A stretch of 64,000 bases of DNA, taken from positions 19,135 to 83,134 of the IMG/VR virus record IMGVR_UViG_2765235989_000002. The stretch is one strand, 5' to 3'. Source of the stretch: a virus (Duplodnaviria > Caudoviricetes). Positions 18,601 through 27,726 of this stretch are shown in pieces. The translations under genes were made by a program, and so were the position numbers. Position 1 is the first letter of the stretch. The number at the start of each line of letters is the position of its first letter. The notes under the pieces are model-generated. The model was given only the letters and a program-made list of their open reading frames with translations, was not told the DNA's origin and did not search any database.

Positions 18601-20860
18601 ACGGTCCGCCCATGGCGCCCATGAGGCCGCCCATCGCGGTCCGCAGCCCGGTGCCGGCCGCCGCGGTGACGCCGCGCAGCGCGCCGCCGAACCCGGCCGC
18701 CTGCGTGGAGGCGGTGCGGAAGCTCTGGCCCATTCGGCCGATGACGGGCACGTGAGCTTGGAGGGTGGCGACGGCCGCGCCGTAGCGGGAGAGGGACTGG
18801 CCGGAGGCGGCGGCGAGGGTCCGCTGGAGCGCCATCTGCTGGTTCAGGGACCGGAAGGAGCCGGTGAGGCGTCCGCCGACGGTGCTGGCGAGTCCTTGCG
18901 CGATGGGGCCGACGCGCCGCATCAGCAGCATCGCGAACACCGCGGTCTGCACGGGTCCGGGCAGGCTGCCGAAGAGGGAGACGAGGCCGCCGATCAGGTG
19001 CCCGAGGGGGCCGAGGAGGCCCGACAGGGTGGAGACGGCGGAGGCTGCGGTGTCGAGGGCGTAGACGGCGATGTCGAGGGCGGTGGCGGCGCCGGATCCT
19101 TCCGACGCGACGTCGCCGAGCGCACTGATGACGGGCTCGGCGCCCGCGGCGAGGTTGGTGAGGACGTCCACGACCGCTTGGCCGGCGCTGAGCAGGACGT
19201 GGAGGGCGGAGGCTACCGCGTCGCCGCCGAACTCCTCGAACGGGGTGAGCATGCGGCTGGCGGCGTCGCCGATGTCGGCGAACTGCTTGCGGGCGGCGTC
19301 CGCGATGTCCGGGCCGAACAAGGTCGCCGCGTCGTTGAGGTAGTCGAAGAAGTTTTCGATCTTCGGGGTTGCGGTGGCGAGACTGGCGGTGATGCCACGG
19401 GTGAGGTACTCCAGGCCAGGCGCGATGCCGTCGTAGATGGTCAGGCCGGTCTGCTTGGCCTGGGTCTTCAGCTGGAGCATCGCGCCGGCGAGTCCTTTGC
19501 CTTTGGCGGCGGCGATGTCGGAGGCGGCCCCGGTGTCGGATACGGCCGCCATCAGCGCGTCAAAAGAGTCGACTCCCTGGTGGGCCAGGGCGATCGCACC
19601 GGACATTGCTGGTTTGCCCATGCTCTTCTTCACCGCGGCGGTGAAGTCCTGCTGGCTCATCTCGTGCTGGGCTTTGGACAGGCCGTCGATGACGTAGCGC
19701 AGGCCCTTGAACTTCCCTTGGGCGTCCCACGCTTCGATGCCCATGGCCTTGAGACCTTTGATCATCTGCGGGGTCGGTGCGGCGAGGTTCGCGAGCATGC
19801 CGCGCAGGGTGGTGCCGGCGGTCTGGCCGAGGATGCCGGCCTTGCCGAGCATGCCGACCGCGGACGCCGCCTCGCGCATGTTCACGCCGAGCCCGTGGGC
19901 GACGGGCCCGGCGTACTTCATCGCGTAGTAGATGTCGATGATGTCGCCGGACGCGGCGTTCGCGGTCGCGGCGAGGGTGTCGGCGGCGACGCCGGCCTGG
20001 TCGGCGCCCATGCCGAACTGGTCCATCATGTCGCCGAGGTACTTGGCGGAGTCGGCGGCGTTGACCTGGGCGGCTGAGGCCAGCGTGAGGGAGGCGCGGG
20101 TGGAGGAGATCGCCTGGTCGGTGCGGAAGCCGGCCTTGGCCAGCTCGACCATCGCCTCCGCCGCATCCGCCGCGGTGGCGCCGGGCAGGGTGAGGTCGTT
20201 GCCGAGCTGCGCGGCGGTGGCGGCGGCCCGCTGCATCTGTATGCCGGTGGCGCCGGTGACGGCGCCGAACGTGTTCATCGCCTGCTGGTACTCGTTGCCG
20301 TTCTCGACGAGCTTGTCGACCCCCATCACCAGGGCGCCGCCGGACAGGAGCGCGGCGGCGCCCGTCAGCTGGTGACGGAGCCGGCCAGTCTCGTCGGCGT
20401 AGCGGCGCATGGCGAGGACACCGCGGTCGCCGATCCGGCCCATGTGCGTCGAGGCGTTCTGGGCGGCTTGTGCGAGACGGAGCAGGTCGCGGACGGCGGT
20501 GTCGATCTGCCCGGACATGCGGGCCAGGTCCCGGCCGGCGGTGCGGGACTGTGTGCCGAGGCGAGTGACGTTGCGGTCGGCAGTGCGGGCGGCGTCCGCG
20601 TACCGGTTGATGCTGCGGGCTGCGGTGCGCGTGTTGTCGCCGAGCCGGTTGATGTGCCGGGCGGCGGTGTTCGCTTCGCGGCCGAGGGCGCGGATCCGGC
20701 GCGCGGTGCTGTCGGCGTCCCGGCCGAAGCTGCGGAGTTCGGTGCGGGCGGTCCGGGCGGCGGTGCCGAGCGTGCGGGCGTGGGTGGCGGACTGCCGTAG
20801 CTCGCGGACGAGGCTGCCGCCATGCGCCCGCAGGTCGACACTGAGGTTCCAGTTCGCCAC
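15614..20860 (-). CDS. Tape measure protein (TP901-family core)
   Basis: 1748 aa, Ala-rich; AAEAMVELAKAG, MKYAGPVA, AGTTLRGML; duplicated AExxTGGExYIPL motifs. Confidence 0.95.
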   Translation of the reverse strand: MANWNLSVDLRAHGGSLVRELRQSATHARTLGTAARTARTELRSFGRDADSTARRIRALGREANTAARHINRLGDNTRTAARSINRYADAARTADRNVTRLGTQSRTAGRDLARMSGQIDTAVRDLLRLAQAAQNASTHMGRIGDRGVLAMRRYADETGRLRHQLTGAAALLSGGALVMGVDKLVENGNEYQQAMNTFGAVTGATGIQMQRAAATAAQLGNDLTLPGATAADAAEAMVELAKAGFRTDQAISSTRASLTLASAAQVNAADSAKYLGDMMDQFGMGADQAGVAADTLAATANAASGDIIDIYYAMKYAGPVAHGLGVNMREAASAVGMLGKAGILGQTAGTTLRGMLANLAAPTPQMIKGLKAMGIEAWDAQGKFKGLRYVIDGLSKAQHEMSQQDFTAAVKKSMGKPAMSGAIALAHQGVDSFDALMAAVSDTGAASDIAAAKGKGLAGAMLQLKTQAKQTGLTIYDGIAPGLEYLTRGITASLATATPKIENFFDYLNDAATLFGPDIADAARKQFADIGDAASRMLTPFEEFGGDAVASALHVLLSAGQAVVDVLTNLAAGAEPVISALGDVASEGSGAATALDIAVYALDTAASAVSTLSGLLGPLGHLIGGLVSLFGSLPGPVQTAVFAMLLMRRVGPIAQGLASTVGGRLTGSFRSLNQQMALQRTLAAASGQSLSRYGAAVATLQAHVPVIGRMGQSFRTASTQAAGFGGALRGVTAAAGTGLRTAMGGLMGAMGGPWGVALTVATVGLGLLASRQQKAAAAAAEHQQQISNLAQALRESNGAVDENVRAIAAENLMAQKVKTTLDGQQRLVDLARTAKVPMSALVDAYTNQGSSLSKLRRELAATATAQKTLVMDPETGQTSEAYTVQGRAADDLRKALGGLGGDFQKAAADAKSFNEGVKGAASTTAYDRLKDAVAALADKTADADSRTRALRDALDLLSGGSVSLQAAQARVNEAITQANEAMAAGIDRSNGWGKQLIGIGGALDTTTKNGQQLFNTLNSIADSSASAALAAYDFAQSQGKSVPDSIAAARKEMQDARTSALKLAEGYGLSKKEAAGVADAMGLIPGQVSILLQTEGVDSTLAELLAVQAEFQQFPDKKTIKVDALGADAKKELEDIGYQIKLIPGTREYKITAPTAAARAELDALISKLGQTNGKTLPIKAPSAEAIRELETIQAKLRATNGKTLTMRAPTAEARQQLEALGFKIRTTKGKTVTISAPTGGARAGVDALRRAIEGLRSKTVTITTYSKYVSTGKQPGQQWLSGASANADGNIYTAYAAGGMNARRPENHVAQIAPAGAWRVWAEEETGGESYIPLAPGKRPRSRAIAEETVRRLGGDPTRIQWNADGSVTDWRYDPQTGSLYSASDAGQAGHKTKKVKVKSKGKTTTKDVEYFDLKTVETQLKANSKATQAWNADLAKVADRAGGDVADALASMGKDGVALAKKMAGGSTKYLNEMAAALRGLAATAKASLTDYTRQLSKANTADASFAKNLITLSAKGYGDLAKQLAAQGDQAAMELAAAAVKDGKKASSANSAAKTANNSLTTEQVQQLVAIIAAIKTSKTGIHTVADTTGLGEDEIIATATKASGQIKTALGSRATQFLTDLARANKGLSYADGGIRPGLYSTRAGALTFAEPSTGGEAYIPLGPNKRAGATAVLRDVAGRFGVGLTPAGAADGGRIVIIREQGPLVGEQHWHLADRTDRDLAARIDADNAYQLRRLARGGTRAR

Positions 20861-20887
20861 CGAGCCCTCCCTCCCCTTCTTTCGTCG

Positions 20888-21295
20888 TCAGTCGTCGTCC
20901 CGGCGGCGGCGCCGCTGGTTCTTCAGGTCGCGTTCGGCTTGCAGGGCGGCGTGAACGGACACTGGTATGAGCGTGATCTTCCGGCCGTTGGTGCTTTCGC
21001 TGCTCTTGGCGAGTTCGTCCTGCTTGTCGGCGATGACTTCGCAGCCCACGCACAGTTGGACCGACGCGGCGTAGGCGTCTTCTTCGCCTTCTCCTCCGTG
21101 GTCCCAGTCGTCGTAGCGGGTGCCGCACTGCGGACAAACGGTGCGCTGGTACTCCCGGTAGGCGAGGGCCTTTTCCCGGTCGCGGGCCGTCCAGGTTCCG
21201 GTCCCGATGCCGCGGAACTGGCTGTGGGGGATGCCCCAGCGGTCGCACAGCTCGAGTTCGGCCCGGAACTGGTCATCGTGGATCAGCCTTTTCCC
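20888..21295 (-). CDS. Tail assembly chaperone, -1 frameshift extension (GT-like)
   Basis: No own start codon; -1 frame reads GKRLIHDDQF...CPQCG...CVGC. Confidence 0.75.
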   Translation of the reverse strand, partial: GKRLIHDDQFRAELELCDRWGIPHSQFRGIGTGTWTARDREKALAYREYQRTVCPQCGTRYDDWDHGGEGEEDAYAASVQLCVGCEVIADKQDELAKSSESTNGRKITLIPVSVHAALQAERDLKNQRRRRRDDD

Positions 21296-21843
21296 AGATC
21301 GGACCGGGTGGTCTGCTGCACGGACAGGGCCGCGTTGAACAGGGCGTTCGCTTCGGCGAGGGACCAGGTGTCGAGGAGTTCCTGCGCTTCGTCGACGGTC
21401 ATGCCGTCGACGCTGGCGGCGGAGATCAGCGCGGCATGGAAGCTGGGGGCCCAGTCCCGGCCTTCCTCCTGCTCTTCCTCGGTCGGCTTGTGCTCGGCGT
21501 AGAGGGCTTCCATCGCGGTGCGGGGCAGGGCGCGGAGCCGGATCGGGATGGCCGCGGCGTCGTAGGCCGTCTTCGCGGCCGTCCACTCTTCCCGGGCGGC
21601 GTCGGCTTCCTTCTGCGCGTCCGTGTCGCCGTCGGTGGTGGTGTTCAGGAGGGTCTCGGCGGTGTCCTTGGCGCGGGCCGCACGGTCGTAGCGGCGCTTG
21701 ACGTCCAGGTCGTCGCAGACGGTGAAGACGGCCTCGGCGAGGCGCCGGTCCCGCAGGCGCTGCATCTTCGCGGCCCAGTGCGCGTCCTGGGCGACGGCGG
21801 CCGCGGGCGGCTCGGAGGTGGTCGGCTTGCGGCTGGTGGGCAT
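21283..21843 (-). CDS. Tail assembly chaperone (G-like)
   Basis: Between major tail and tape measure; ends DLGKG at the slippery site. Confidence 0.85.
   Translation of the reverse strand: MPTSRKPTTSEPPAAAVAQDAHWAAKMQRLRDRRLAEAVFTVCDDLDVKRRYDRAARAKDTAETLLNTTTDGDTDAQKEADAAREEWTAAKTAYDAAAIPIRLRALPRTAMEALYAEHKPTEEEQEEGRDWAPSFHAALISAASVDGMTVDEAQELLDTWSLAEANALFNAALSVQQTTRSDLGKG
21289..21295 (-). other. Programmed -1 frameshift slippery site G GGA AAA
   Basis: Minus strand CTG GGA AAA GGC TGA at the end of the chaperone gene; X XXY YYZ heptamer. Confidence 0.85.
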
Positions 21844-21947
21844 GATGAGGGGTTCCTCCGTCAGGGGAAGGGGACCCGGCCGGGCGCCGTGCGGCGCCCC
21901 TTCCCGAACGCGTCGGGCCCGGCCGGGAGCTGAGAGGGGCGGCGGGG

Positions 21948-22421
21948 TCAGGTGGCGGCCGGTACGGGCGCGTCGAGGGCCGGGGTGTCGGTGATCGCGA
22001 ACTTGACCATCCACTTGGCGGCCTCGTTGTCCACGGTGATCGTGGACGACTTGGAGGCGACGGTCACCGGGTAGACGTCCATCGAGTTCGAGGCCGGGAC
22101 GTCGCCCTTGCGGAGGATGATGATGAACCCGGTGGTGCCCTTTGCGAGGGTCTCTTCGAGTTCGTCGGCGGCGCTGTCCTCGTAGAAAGTGAGGGTGGAG
22201 TCGGCGGCCTGGTCGTCGCCCTCGATCTTCGCGGTGAACTTCGACTCGAGGTCAGGCGTCTCGATGGTCTGGTTCTCGAGGGCGAACCCGTCGACCGCAG
22301 CGAGGGCCTTGGTGAGCTTCGTGGCGCCGGCCAGTTCGGTGCGGGTGGGGATGTAGGAGGGGGCGGCGATGGTCGTCGCGAACAGGATCTTCGTGACGCC
22401 CTTGCGGGAGAACCTGGGCAT
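21948..22421 (-). CDS. Major tail (tube) protein
   Basis: RFSRKGVTKI, IETPDLES, DSTLTFY, MDVYPV. Confidence 0.85.
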   Translation of the reverse strand: MPRFSRKGVTKILFATTIAAPSYIPTRTELAGATKLTKALAAVDGFALENQTIETPDLESKFTAKIEGDDQAADSTLTFYEDSAADELEETLAKGTTGFIIILRKGDVPASNSMDVYPVTVASKSSTITVDNEAAKWMVKFAITDTPALDAPVPAAT

Positions 22422-22542
22422 GGCGGGGACCCCTTGTCCCGGGGCCCCGTCGGAGCCCCTGCTGTGGCGGTTGTCGTCTCGGCCACGAGGTGGCACGTCC
22501 GCGTGGGGTCCCGCCGCGGTGCGGTCAAACGCCTGAACCAGG

Positions 22543-22992
22543 TCAGGCGGGCGTCAGGTCGAACCTGAAGCGCTGCACGTAGGTCATGATTCCATCTGCC
22601 GGGTCGCTTGTTCCCCCCGGTTCCGTGTCGAGGTCGCGACACATGACGCTGGCCCCGGGCACCACCAGAGGATGCCGCCACGCTCCGGTCGCCGGATCGC
22701 GGCCGAGGAGCGCGGTGCGGGCACGGTCGGCCATCAGCTCGACCTGGTCCAGCATTCCGGCGGAGCCCTTCACGCCGGGGGCCGGGGCGGACACGGAGGT
22801 CACCTGGTACACGAAGGACGCGTCCTCGTGTTCGTCGGCGAACGGCGCCCCGGAGACGGTGCTGTCGACGGCGTACAGCAGGTAGTAGTGCTGCGGGCCG
22901 CCGAGCGGCATCCGGCCCCGGCCGACCGGGATGCTGGTGGCCGTGGCGAGGAGGTCGGCGACCGCCGCGGTGACCGGGAGGCGTTCGATCAC
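22543..22992 (-). CDS. Tail terminator / completion protein
   Basis: Position before major tail; YQVTSV motif. Confidence 0.7.
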   Translation of the reverse strand: MIERLPVTAAVADLLATATSIPVGRGRMPLGGPQHYYLLYAVDSTVSGAPFADEHEDASFVYQVTSVSAPAPGVKGSAGMLDQVELMADRARTALLGRDPATGAWRHPLVVPGASVMCRDLDTEPGGTSDPADGIMTYVQRFRFDLTPA

Positions 22993-23378
22993 GACAGGAT
23001 CTCCCTCACGGCCAGCGCTACCTGCCCGCGCAGCACGGTGGTGATGACGGGCAGGGCCGGGCCGGCGTGCGGGAACGGTGGCTGGTGGTAGGTCCGGCCG
23101 AGTGAGTCGGTCATGCCCATGAACCCGAACTCCAGGCGCCGGCCCTGCGGGGCCGCGGTGCCGATGGTGCATTGCGCACCGTACGGGATGCGGTTGGTGA
23201 CGCTGCGCCAGGAGTTGCGGTACTGGCCGGTGATGACGTTCGGGCCGGGGCGGTCGGAGGCGTTGCCGCGGATCCGGGCGTTGCCGATCGTCCCGGTGTG
23301 CTTCACCGCCTGGTAGAGGGTGTTCCCGACGCGGTCGCTGGCGTGCTCGAGTCGGTCGGCGAGTTCGTCGGGGGTCAT
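22989..23378 (-). CDS. HK97 gp10-like neck protein
   Basis: TGQYRNSW, RRLEFG, PFPHAGPA. Confidence 0.8.
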   Translation of the reverse strand: MTPDELADRLEHASDRVGNTLYQAVKHTGTIGNARIRGNASDRPGPNVITGQYRNSWRSVTNRIPYGAQCTIGTAAPQGRRLEFGFMGMTDSLGRTYHQPPFPHAGPALPVITTVLRGQVALAVREILS

Positions 23379-23824
23379 GTGGCGCCTCCGGGGATCCGGA
23401 TCTGGTCCAGCGGGGTCCGGCGGGCGATCTCCACGGTGGCGGCCTGCCCGGGGTCGGGGCAGGTCCAGGCCCGGCCGAGGAGCGCGCTGCGGGCCGGGTC
23501 GTGGACGGCCGTCACGGTGACGACCGCGTCCTTGGGCGCGACGGGCGCGTCGAGGGGCGTGTACAGCTGGTAGCGGGACTTCGTCTCCTGGATCCAGGGC
23601 TGCTGGACATCGGGGGTGGCGGAGATCTCTGCGGCCGCGTTCGCGTTGAAGACCGCTCCGGGCCCTTCGTAGAGGACGGCGCCTTCGGGGTATTCGAGGT
23701 TGCCGGTGCTGGTGTTGAGGACGGGTTCGGTGGTGGCGGGCAGGGTGATCCGTACGGTGTCGATGAGGATGTTGGTGCTGAACCAGCGGGTGACCCCGGC
23801 CAGTGCACGGTCGAGGCCCGGCAT
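23375..23824 (-). CDS. Head closure protein (DUF6093-like)
   Basis: DTVRIT...VLYEGPG; position in the neck module. Confidence 0.75.
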   Translation of the reverse strand: MPGLDRALAGVTRWFSTNILIDTVRITLPATTEPVLNTSTGNLEYPEGAVLYEGPGAVFNANAAAEISATPDVQQPWIQETKSRYQLYTPLDAPVAPKDAVVTVTAVHDPARSALLGRAWTCPDPGQAATVEIARRTPLDQIRIPGGAT

Positions 23825-24201
23825 CAGGTCCTCCCCTGGGCCCAGTCGGCGAGGGTCGCCAGCATCGCCTTGGTCAATTCGTTCTTCGACCCGTCGAGAT
23901 CCTCCCGGGCGAGTGCAGCCTCGTCGAGGGCGGCCGGGTTGATGCCGCGGAGGAATGCCACGATGGCCTCGCCGAGGTCGGCGTCTGTGGCGACGGCGAC
24001 CTGCGCGAGACCGTCGAAGACGAGGCCGCCCTTGGGCAGGGTGTGCAGCACTATCTGGGGCGGTCCGCCGACGTGCTGCTCGATCGTGTAGCCGCGGAGG
24101 TAACGGCTGACGTCGTTGCCTGCGAGTTCGATGTGTGCCGTCCCGGGGCCGGCTGTGATGGTGATGGGCTGCGGATGGACGGACATGTTCGGCTCGGTCA
24201 T
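23824..24201 (-). CDS. Hypothetical virion-module protein
   Basis: Translationally coupled on both sides; IELAGNDVS motif. Confidence 0.7.
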   Translation of the reverse strand: MTEPNMSVHPQPITITAGPGTAHIELAGNDVSRYLRGYTIEQHVGGPPQIVLHTLPKGGLVFDGLAQVAVATDADLGEAIVAFLRGINPAALDEAALAREDLDGSKNELTKAMLATLADWAQGRT

Positions 24202-25040
24202 ACCTGGTCTCCGGAGGACAGGTTGGGGGCGTAGTTGAGGTCCGGGCGCGGGGTCCACTGCCGGATGCATCCGAAGTGGCTGGTGGGGAACATGGCGGCG
24301 TCGTCGGCGGAGCGGATCGTGCCGTCGGCGTGGTCGGTGTCCGGGTGGCCGGCGAAGCCGCATTCGGGGCCGTCGGTGCATTCGAACCAGCGGGCGCCCA
24401 GGTCGTCGGTTCCGTAGAGGAGGGCGGCGGTGTTCGCGGCGGTGGTTGCCTGCTCTTTCAGCGCTGCCGTGGCCCAGTGCCGCACGGTGTGTTTCGACTG
24501 GTCCGCGTAGACCACGCGGTCCAGGGGGTGTGCGGCCAGCAGTTGCTTGCGGTCGATGCCTTCGGGGGTGCGGGCCTGGTCTTGGGCGTTGCGGGCGAAC
24601 GCCTGCGCGCGGCGGACGGCTTCCTGGATGCGGGCGGTGAGGTCGGCGTAGTACTGGGTGGACAGGGCGGTGATTGTGCTCTGGTGCCGGTCGGTCCATT
24701 CGAAGGGTCGGGCGTGCTGCTGTACCGAGTGCACGGCCCGTTTCAGGGAGGCGACTGCCCCATCGCGGTAGAGGAGGGGCAGGTCGCGTGCCGCCCAGCG
24801 TTCGGTGACGGCGCGGGCGGTCCGGTCGAAGGCGGCCAGGGCGTCGAGGAAGCGGCGGACGGCGTCTCGTCTGCGTTGCGTGGCGCCGCGTGCGCGGGCT
24901 GTGGGTGTTCGGGACAGGGCGCGCAGGAGGTCGAGCTGGGCGCGGTGGAGGGTGTCCCACGCTGCGGCGAGCGCGGCGGCCGCGGCCTGCACGGTGGCAT
25001 CGCGGCTCAGGACGGGTTGGGGGCGGGTGGGGGTGGTCAT
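24198..25040 (-). CDS. Minor head / MuF-like morphogenesis protein
   Basis: DGPECG...HPD...SHFGCIRQWTP C-terminus. Confidence 0.75.
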   Translation of the reverse strand: MTTPTRPQPVLSRDATVQAAAAALAAAWDTLHRAQLDLLRALSRTPTARARGATQRRRDAVRRFLDALAAFDRTARAVTERWAARDLPLLYRDGAVASLKRAVHSVQQHARPFEWTDRHQSTITALSTQYYADLTARIQEAVRRAQAFARNAQDQARTPEGIDRKQLLAAHPLDRVVYADQSKHTVRHWATAALKEQATTAANTAALLYGTDDLGARWFECTDGPECGFAGHPDTDHADGTIRSADDAAMFPTSHFGCIRQWTPRPDLNYAPNLSSGDQV

Positions 25041-25378
25041 CGGCGGGGCCGTTCGATGAGCCGGATGATGCCGAACCCGAGATCGGTGTCCTCGTCGCCG
25101 GGCTGGGGTTCGTCCGGCGGGGCAGGTACGTCGCCGGATTCGAGGGCGTTGATCTGCCGCTCGATGGCCTTGATGTTCTCGGTGTAGGACACGCCGACGA
25201 CGCCGGTCACGGTGACGGTGGACGGCTGGTCGTGGATGAGCGCGGCCTTGCGCTCGTAGAGGACTTCGAGGGCGACCGCCCGCGCGCTGCCGAGGCGGGC
25301 GTACCGCTGTTCGAGGTCTGCGGTGTCGGTGCTGGGGCCGAGCTGGGAGATCAGCCAGGCTTGTACGGCGCTGTTCAC
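25037..25378 (-). CDS. Head-tail adaptor
   Basis: GGAGG RBS; RLGSARAVALEVL; position after the capsid genes. Confidence 0.7.
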   Translation of the reverse strand: MNSAVQAWLISQLGPSTDTADLEQRYARLGSARAVALEVLYERKAALIHDQPSTVTVTGVVGVSYTENIKAIERQINALESGDVPAPPDEPQPGDEDTDLGFGIIRLIERPRR

Positions 25379-25415
25379 AGGTCCTCCGTACGGGCGGGGC
25401 GGGAAGGGGGGCAGC

Positions 25416-25455
25416 GTGCGGGCCCGGGCGGCGCCCCCACCGGCCGGGCCCGCAC
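25416..25455. terminator. Hairpin after the capsid-associated gene
   Basis: GTGCGGGCCCGG / CCGGGCCCGCAC inverted repeat. Confidence 0.55.
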
Positions 25456-25460
25456 ACCGC

Positions 25461-25793
25461 CTACCGGCCGCCGGTGCCCTCAGCAGCGGCCGTCCGGCCC
25501 CGAGCCGGCTTCTTGGCCGCCGTCTTACGGGCAGCCGGTTTGGTGGTCGCGGAGTCAGCGGACGGGACCGTGCCGTCGTCAGCGTTTCCGGCCGGGGCGT
25601 CGCCAGGCGCGTCGTCCGGGTCGGCTCCGGCGTCGTCTGCGTCCGCTTCCGGGGGGAGGGTTCCGCCCTCCCAGGCGCTGGCCATCCGCACCAGCGCGGC
25701 CAGGTGCGGGGCCGGTTCCTCCCCTGCATTCAGAACCCTGCGGCGGCCGGTTTTCGGGTCGGTCACGTGCACCGACCGGGCGAGCTTCGCCAC
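25461..25793 (-). CDS. Small capsid-associated protein
   Basis: Follows the major capsid gene; short globular N-terminus with an acidic then basic tail. Confidence 0.7.
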   Translation of the reverse strand: MAKLARSVHVTDPKTGRRRVLNAGEEPAPHLAALVRMASAWEGGTLPPEADADDAGADPDDAPGDAPAGNADDGTVPSADSATTKPAARKTAAKKPARGRTAAAEGTGGR

Positions 25794-25796
25794 GGT

Positions 25797-26849
25797 TCAG
25801 TCCTCCAGGACAGTGGCCGTGATGTGGATGTCCGGTACGTACAGCACCGGCATGCCCACTGCGGCGCCGCGTGTGTAGACCTGCACCGGGTTGTCCTCGA
25901 CCTTGGTGACAATGACGATGCCGGGGGCCTGCTCGGCGGTGAGGGCCGGGTTGGAGCCGGAGGAGAGCTGGATGCCTTCGGCAGTCAGCCCGTACTGGGT
26001 CTCGGCCCACTGGTTCGGAGCGATACCCGGCGTCATGATCCACAGGTTGTCGGGGAGGACCCGCACGTAGTTGCCTTCGTCGTCGTACACCTGGACGTCG
26101 TACTCGACGATCGGCGGCAGGTTGTAGCGGGCGCGGACGGCCGAGACCTGGTCCGGGGCGAGCATTGCCGTGGGGGTCTGGCCGCCGATCGGCGTGTTGT
26201 AGTACGAGGCCCGGTACTCCTGGTTCGCGGCGAGGAACGAGCGGGCCCGGCGGGAGGTGATGACCCGGGACGGGACCGGCGCGCCGGTGTCGCGCAGGTA
26301 GTTCATCCACGCCATCTCGTCGGTGAGGGGGGTGGCGTGGGCCTCGTTCCACGGGATCGCGGCGGTGGGCCGGTTCGCGGCGGGCACGTTCCAGTCGACG
26401 TCGAGGCCGTTGCCGGGCAGGTCGACGACTCCGGTGGCGAGGATTTTCCCGGCGGCGATCTCCTGGGCGGTCTTGATGGACTCGAAGTGCCGCTCGATGT
26501 CGTCGTACAGCTTCTCGATGAACTCGGCGGCGTCCTGGCCGTGCGAGATGTTGAAGAGGATGGTCTCCATCTCGCTGATGGGGAGGGTCTGGCCGAGCGG
26601 GGGCAGCAGGCCCTCGTTGACGACCCTGGACGCGTGGCGAGTCGCGATGGCGGTCGGCGCGTCGTAGACGCGGAACTTCGCCGCGTTCACGCGCCGCTTG
26701 CTGGAGCTGGTGCGGAACTTGATGTTGTTGATGTTCCGCTCGGGGACGATCTGCTGGGTGAGCAGGTAGTCCGCGGGGGTGGTCAGTTCGCGGACGAACG
26801 CGTTGATCTCGGCGGCGTCGAGCTCCCGCAGGAGCAGGTCGAGGTCCAT
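25797..26849 (-). CDS. Major capsid protein (phage capsid E-like)
   Basis: AKFRVYDAPT, LPPLGQTLPISE, VDWNVP, AVGMPVL; 350 aa. Confidence 0.9.
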   Translation of the reverse strand: MDLDLLLRELDAAEINAFVRELTTPADYLLTQQIVPERNINNIKFRTSSSKRRVNAAKFRVYDAPTAIATRHASRVVNEGLLPPLGQTLPISEMETILFNISHGQDAAEFIEKLYDDIERHFESIKTAQEIAAGKILATGVVDLPGNGLDVDWNVPAANRPTAAIPWNEAHATPLTDEMAWMNYLRDTGAPVPSRVITSRRARSFLAANQEYRASYYNTPIGGQTPTAMLAPDQVSAVRARYNLPPIVEYDVQVYDDEGNYVRVLPDNLWIMTPGIAPNQWAETQYGLTAEGIQLSSGSNPALTAEQAPGIVIVTKVEDNPVQVYTRGAAVGMPVLYVPDIHITATVLED

Positions 26850-26869
26850 GTCGGTGGTCTCCTGTGGGC

Positions 26870-27613
26870 TCAGCGCCAGTGGATGAACGCGGTCGTGGAG
26901 GTCACGTCATCGGCGTCGAAGGGGATGGGGAGCTTGCTGGCGTACACCTCGGCCTGCCACAGCAGGACGCCGCCGCACTTGGTGGAGCCCGGGTTGAAGG
27001 GGGTCTCCTCGAGGAGGAACCCGGCGAGGACCTGGGTGCCGTCCGATGCTCCGGCAGCGCCGCCGGCGGTGGCCGTGGCGATGGTGACGGCCGGGGACGT
27101 CCCGCCGGTCAGGCCGGATGCGGATGCGGTCATCTGGGGGACGTCTTCGCCGAGGTAGGCGCCCGCGAAGGTCACAGAGATGACCGCGCCGGGGTGGGGG
27201 CCGCCGGTGACGGTGACATCGCCCGGGGCGATGTTCGACAGTGCTTCGAGCGCGGCCTTCACCTGTGCGGCGGTCGCGTTGTAGGGGATGCCGGCGGTGG
27301 TCTGCCCGGAGAACGTGAGCGTGTAGGTGCCGCCGGTCGGGCTTCCAGTGACGGTGACGGTCTGGACCTCTGCGGTGGGGCCGCTGTACGGGCCGTACAG
27401 CCCCGACGCGGTGATCTTCCCGAGGGGAAGGCCGGACTTGAGGATGTTCCGGCCCTGGAGGAGGGTGCCCTTGGTGTAGTGGACGCCCTCGACGAACTTG
27501 CTGAGGTCCAGGGTGATGGTGTTGCCGTCGTTGGTGCCGACCAGGGAGGCGAGCCAGGGACGGCCCGAGGTGGCGGTTTCGTCCACGACGGTCATGGGCT
27601 GGAAGTCGTTCAC
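26870..27613 (-). CDS. Head decoration protein with inserted EVQTV beta-domain
   Basis: LKSGLPLGKITASGLYGPY...DGTQVLAGFL split by EVQTVTVTGSPTGGTYTLTF. Confidence 0.8.
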   Translation of the reverse strand: MNDFQPMTVVDETATSGRPWLASLVGTNDGNTITLDLSKFVEGVHYTKGTLLQGRNILKSGLPLGKITASGLYGPYSGPTAEVQTVTVTGSPTGGTYTLTFSGQTTAGIPYNATAAQVKAALEALSNIAPGDVTVTGGPHPGAVISVTFAGAYLGEDVPQMTASASGLTGGTSPAVTIATATAGGAAGASDGTQVLAGFLLEETPFNPGSTKCGGVLLWQAEVYASKLPIPFDADDVTSTTAFIHWR

Positions 27614-27726
27614 GACCTCTGCTCCTTGCGTGAAACGGCGAGTGGTTGCCTGCGGCGCCGGTTGGCGCGCGTCCACGAGGAGCGGGCGTGGTCCCTGGTC
27701 CGGCCGCGCGGTGGCGGCCGGGGGTC

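Noticed and set aside
10936-27158. Long + strand ORFs such as 10936-12654, 15713-18013, 18515-20077 and 25323-27158
   Set aside because: Antisense shadows of real minus-strand virion genes, expected in high-GC DNA; no motifs or RBS.
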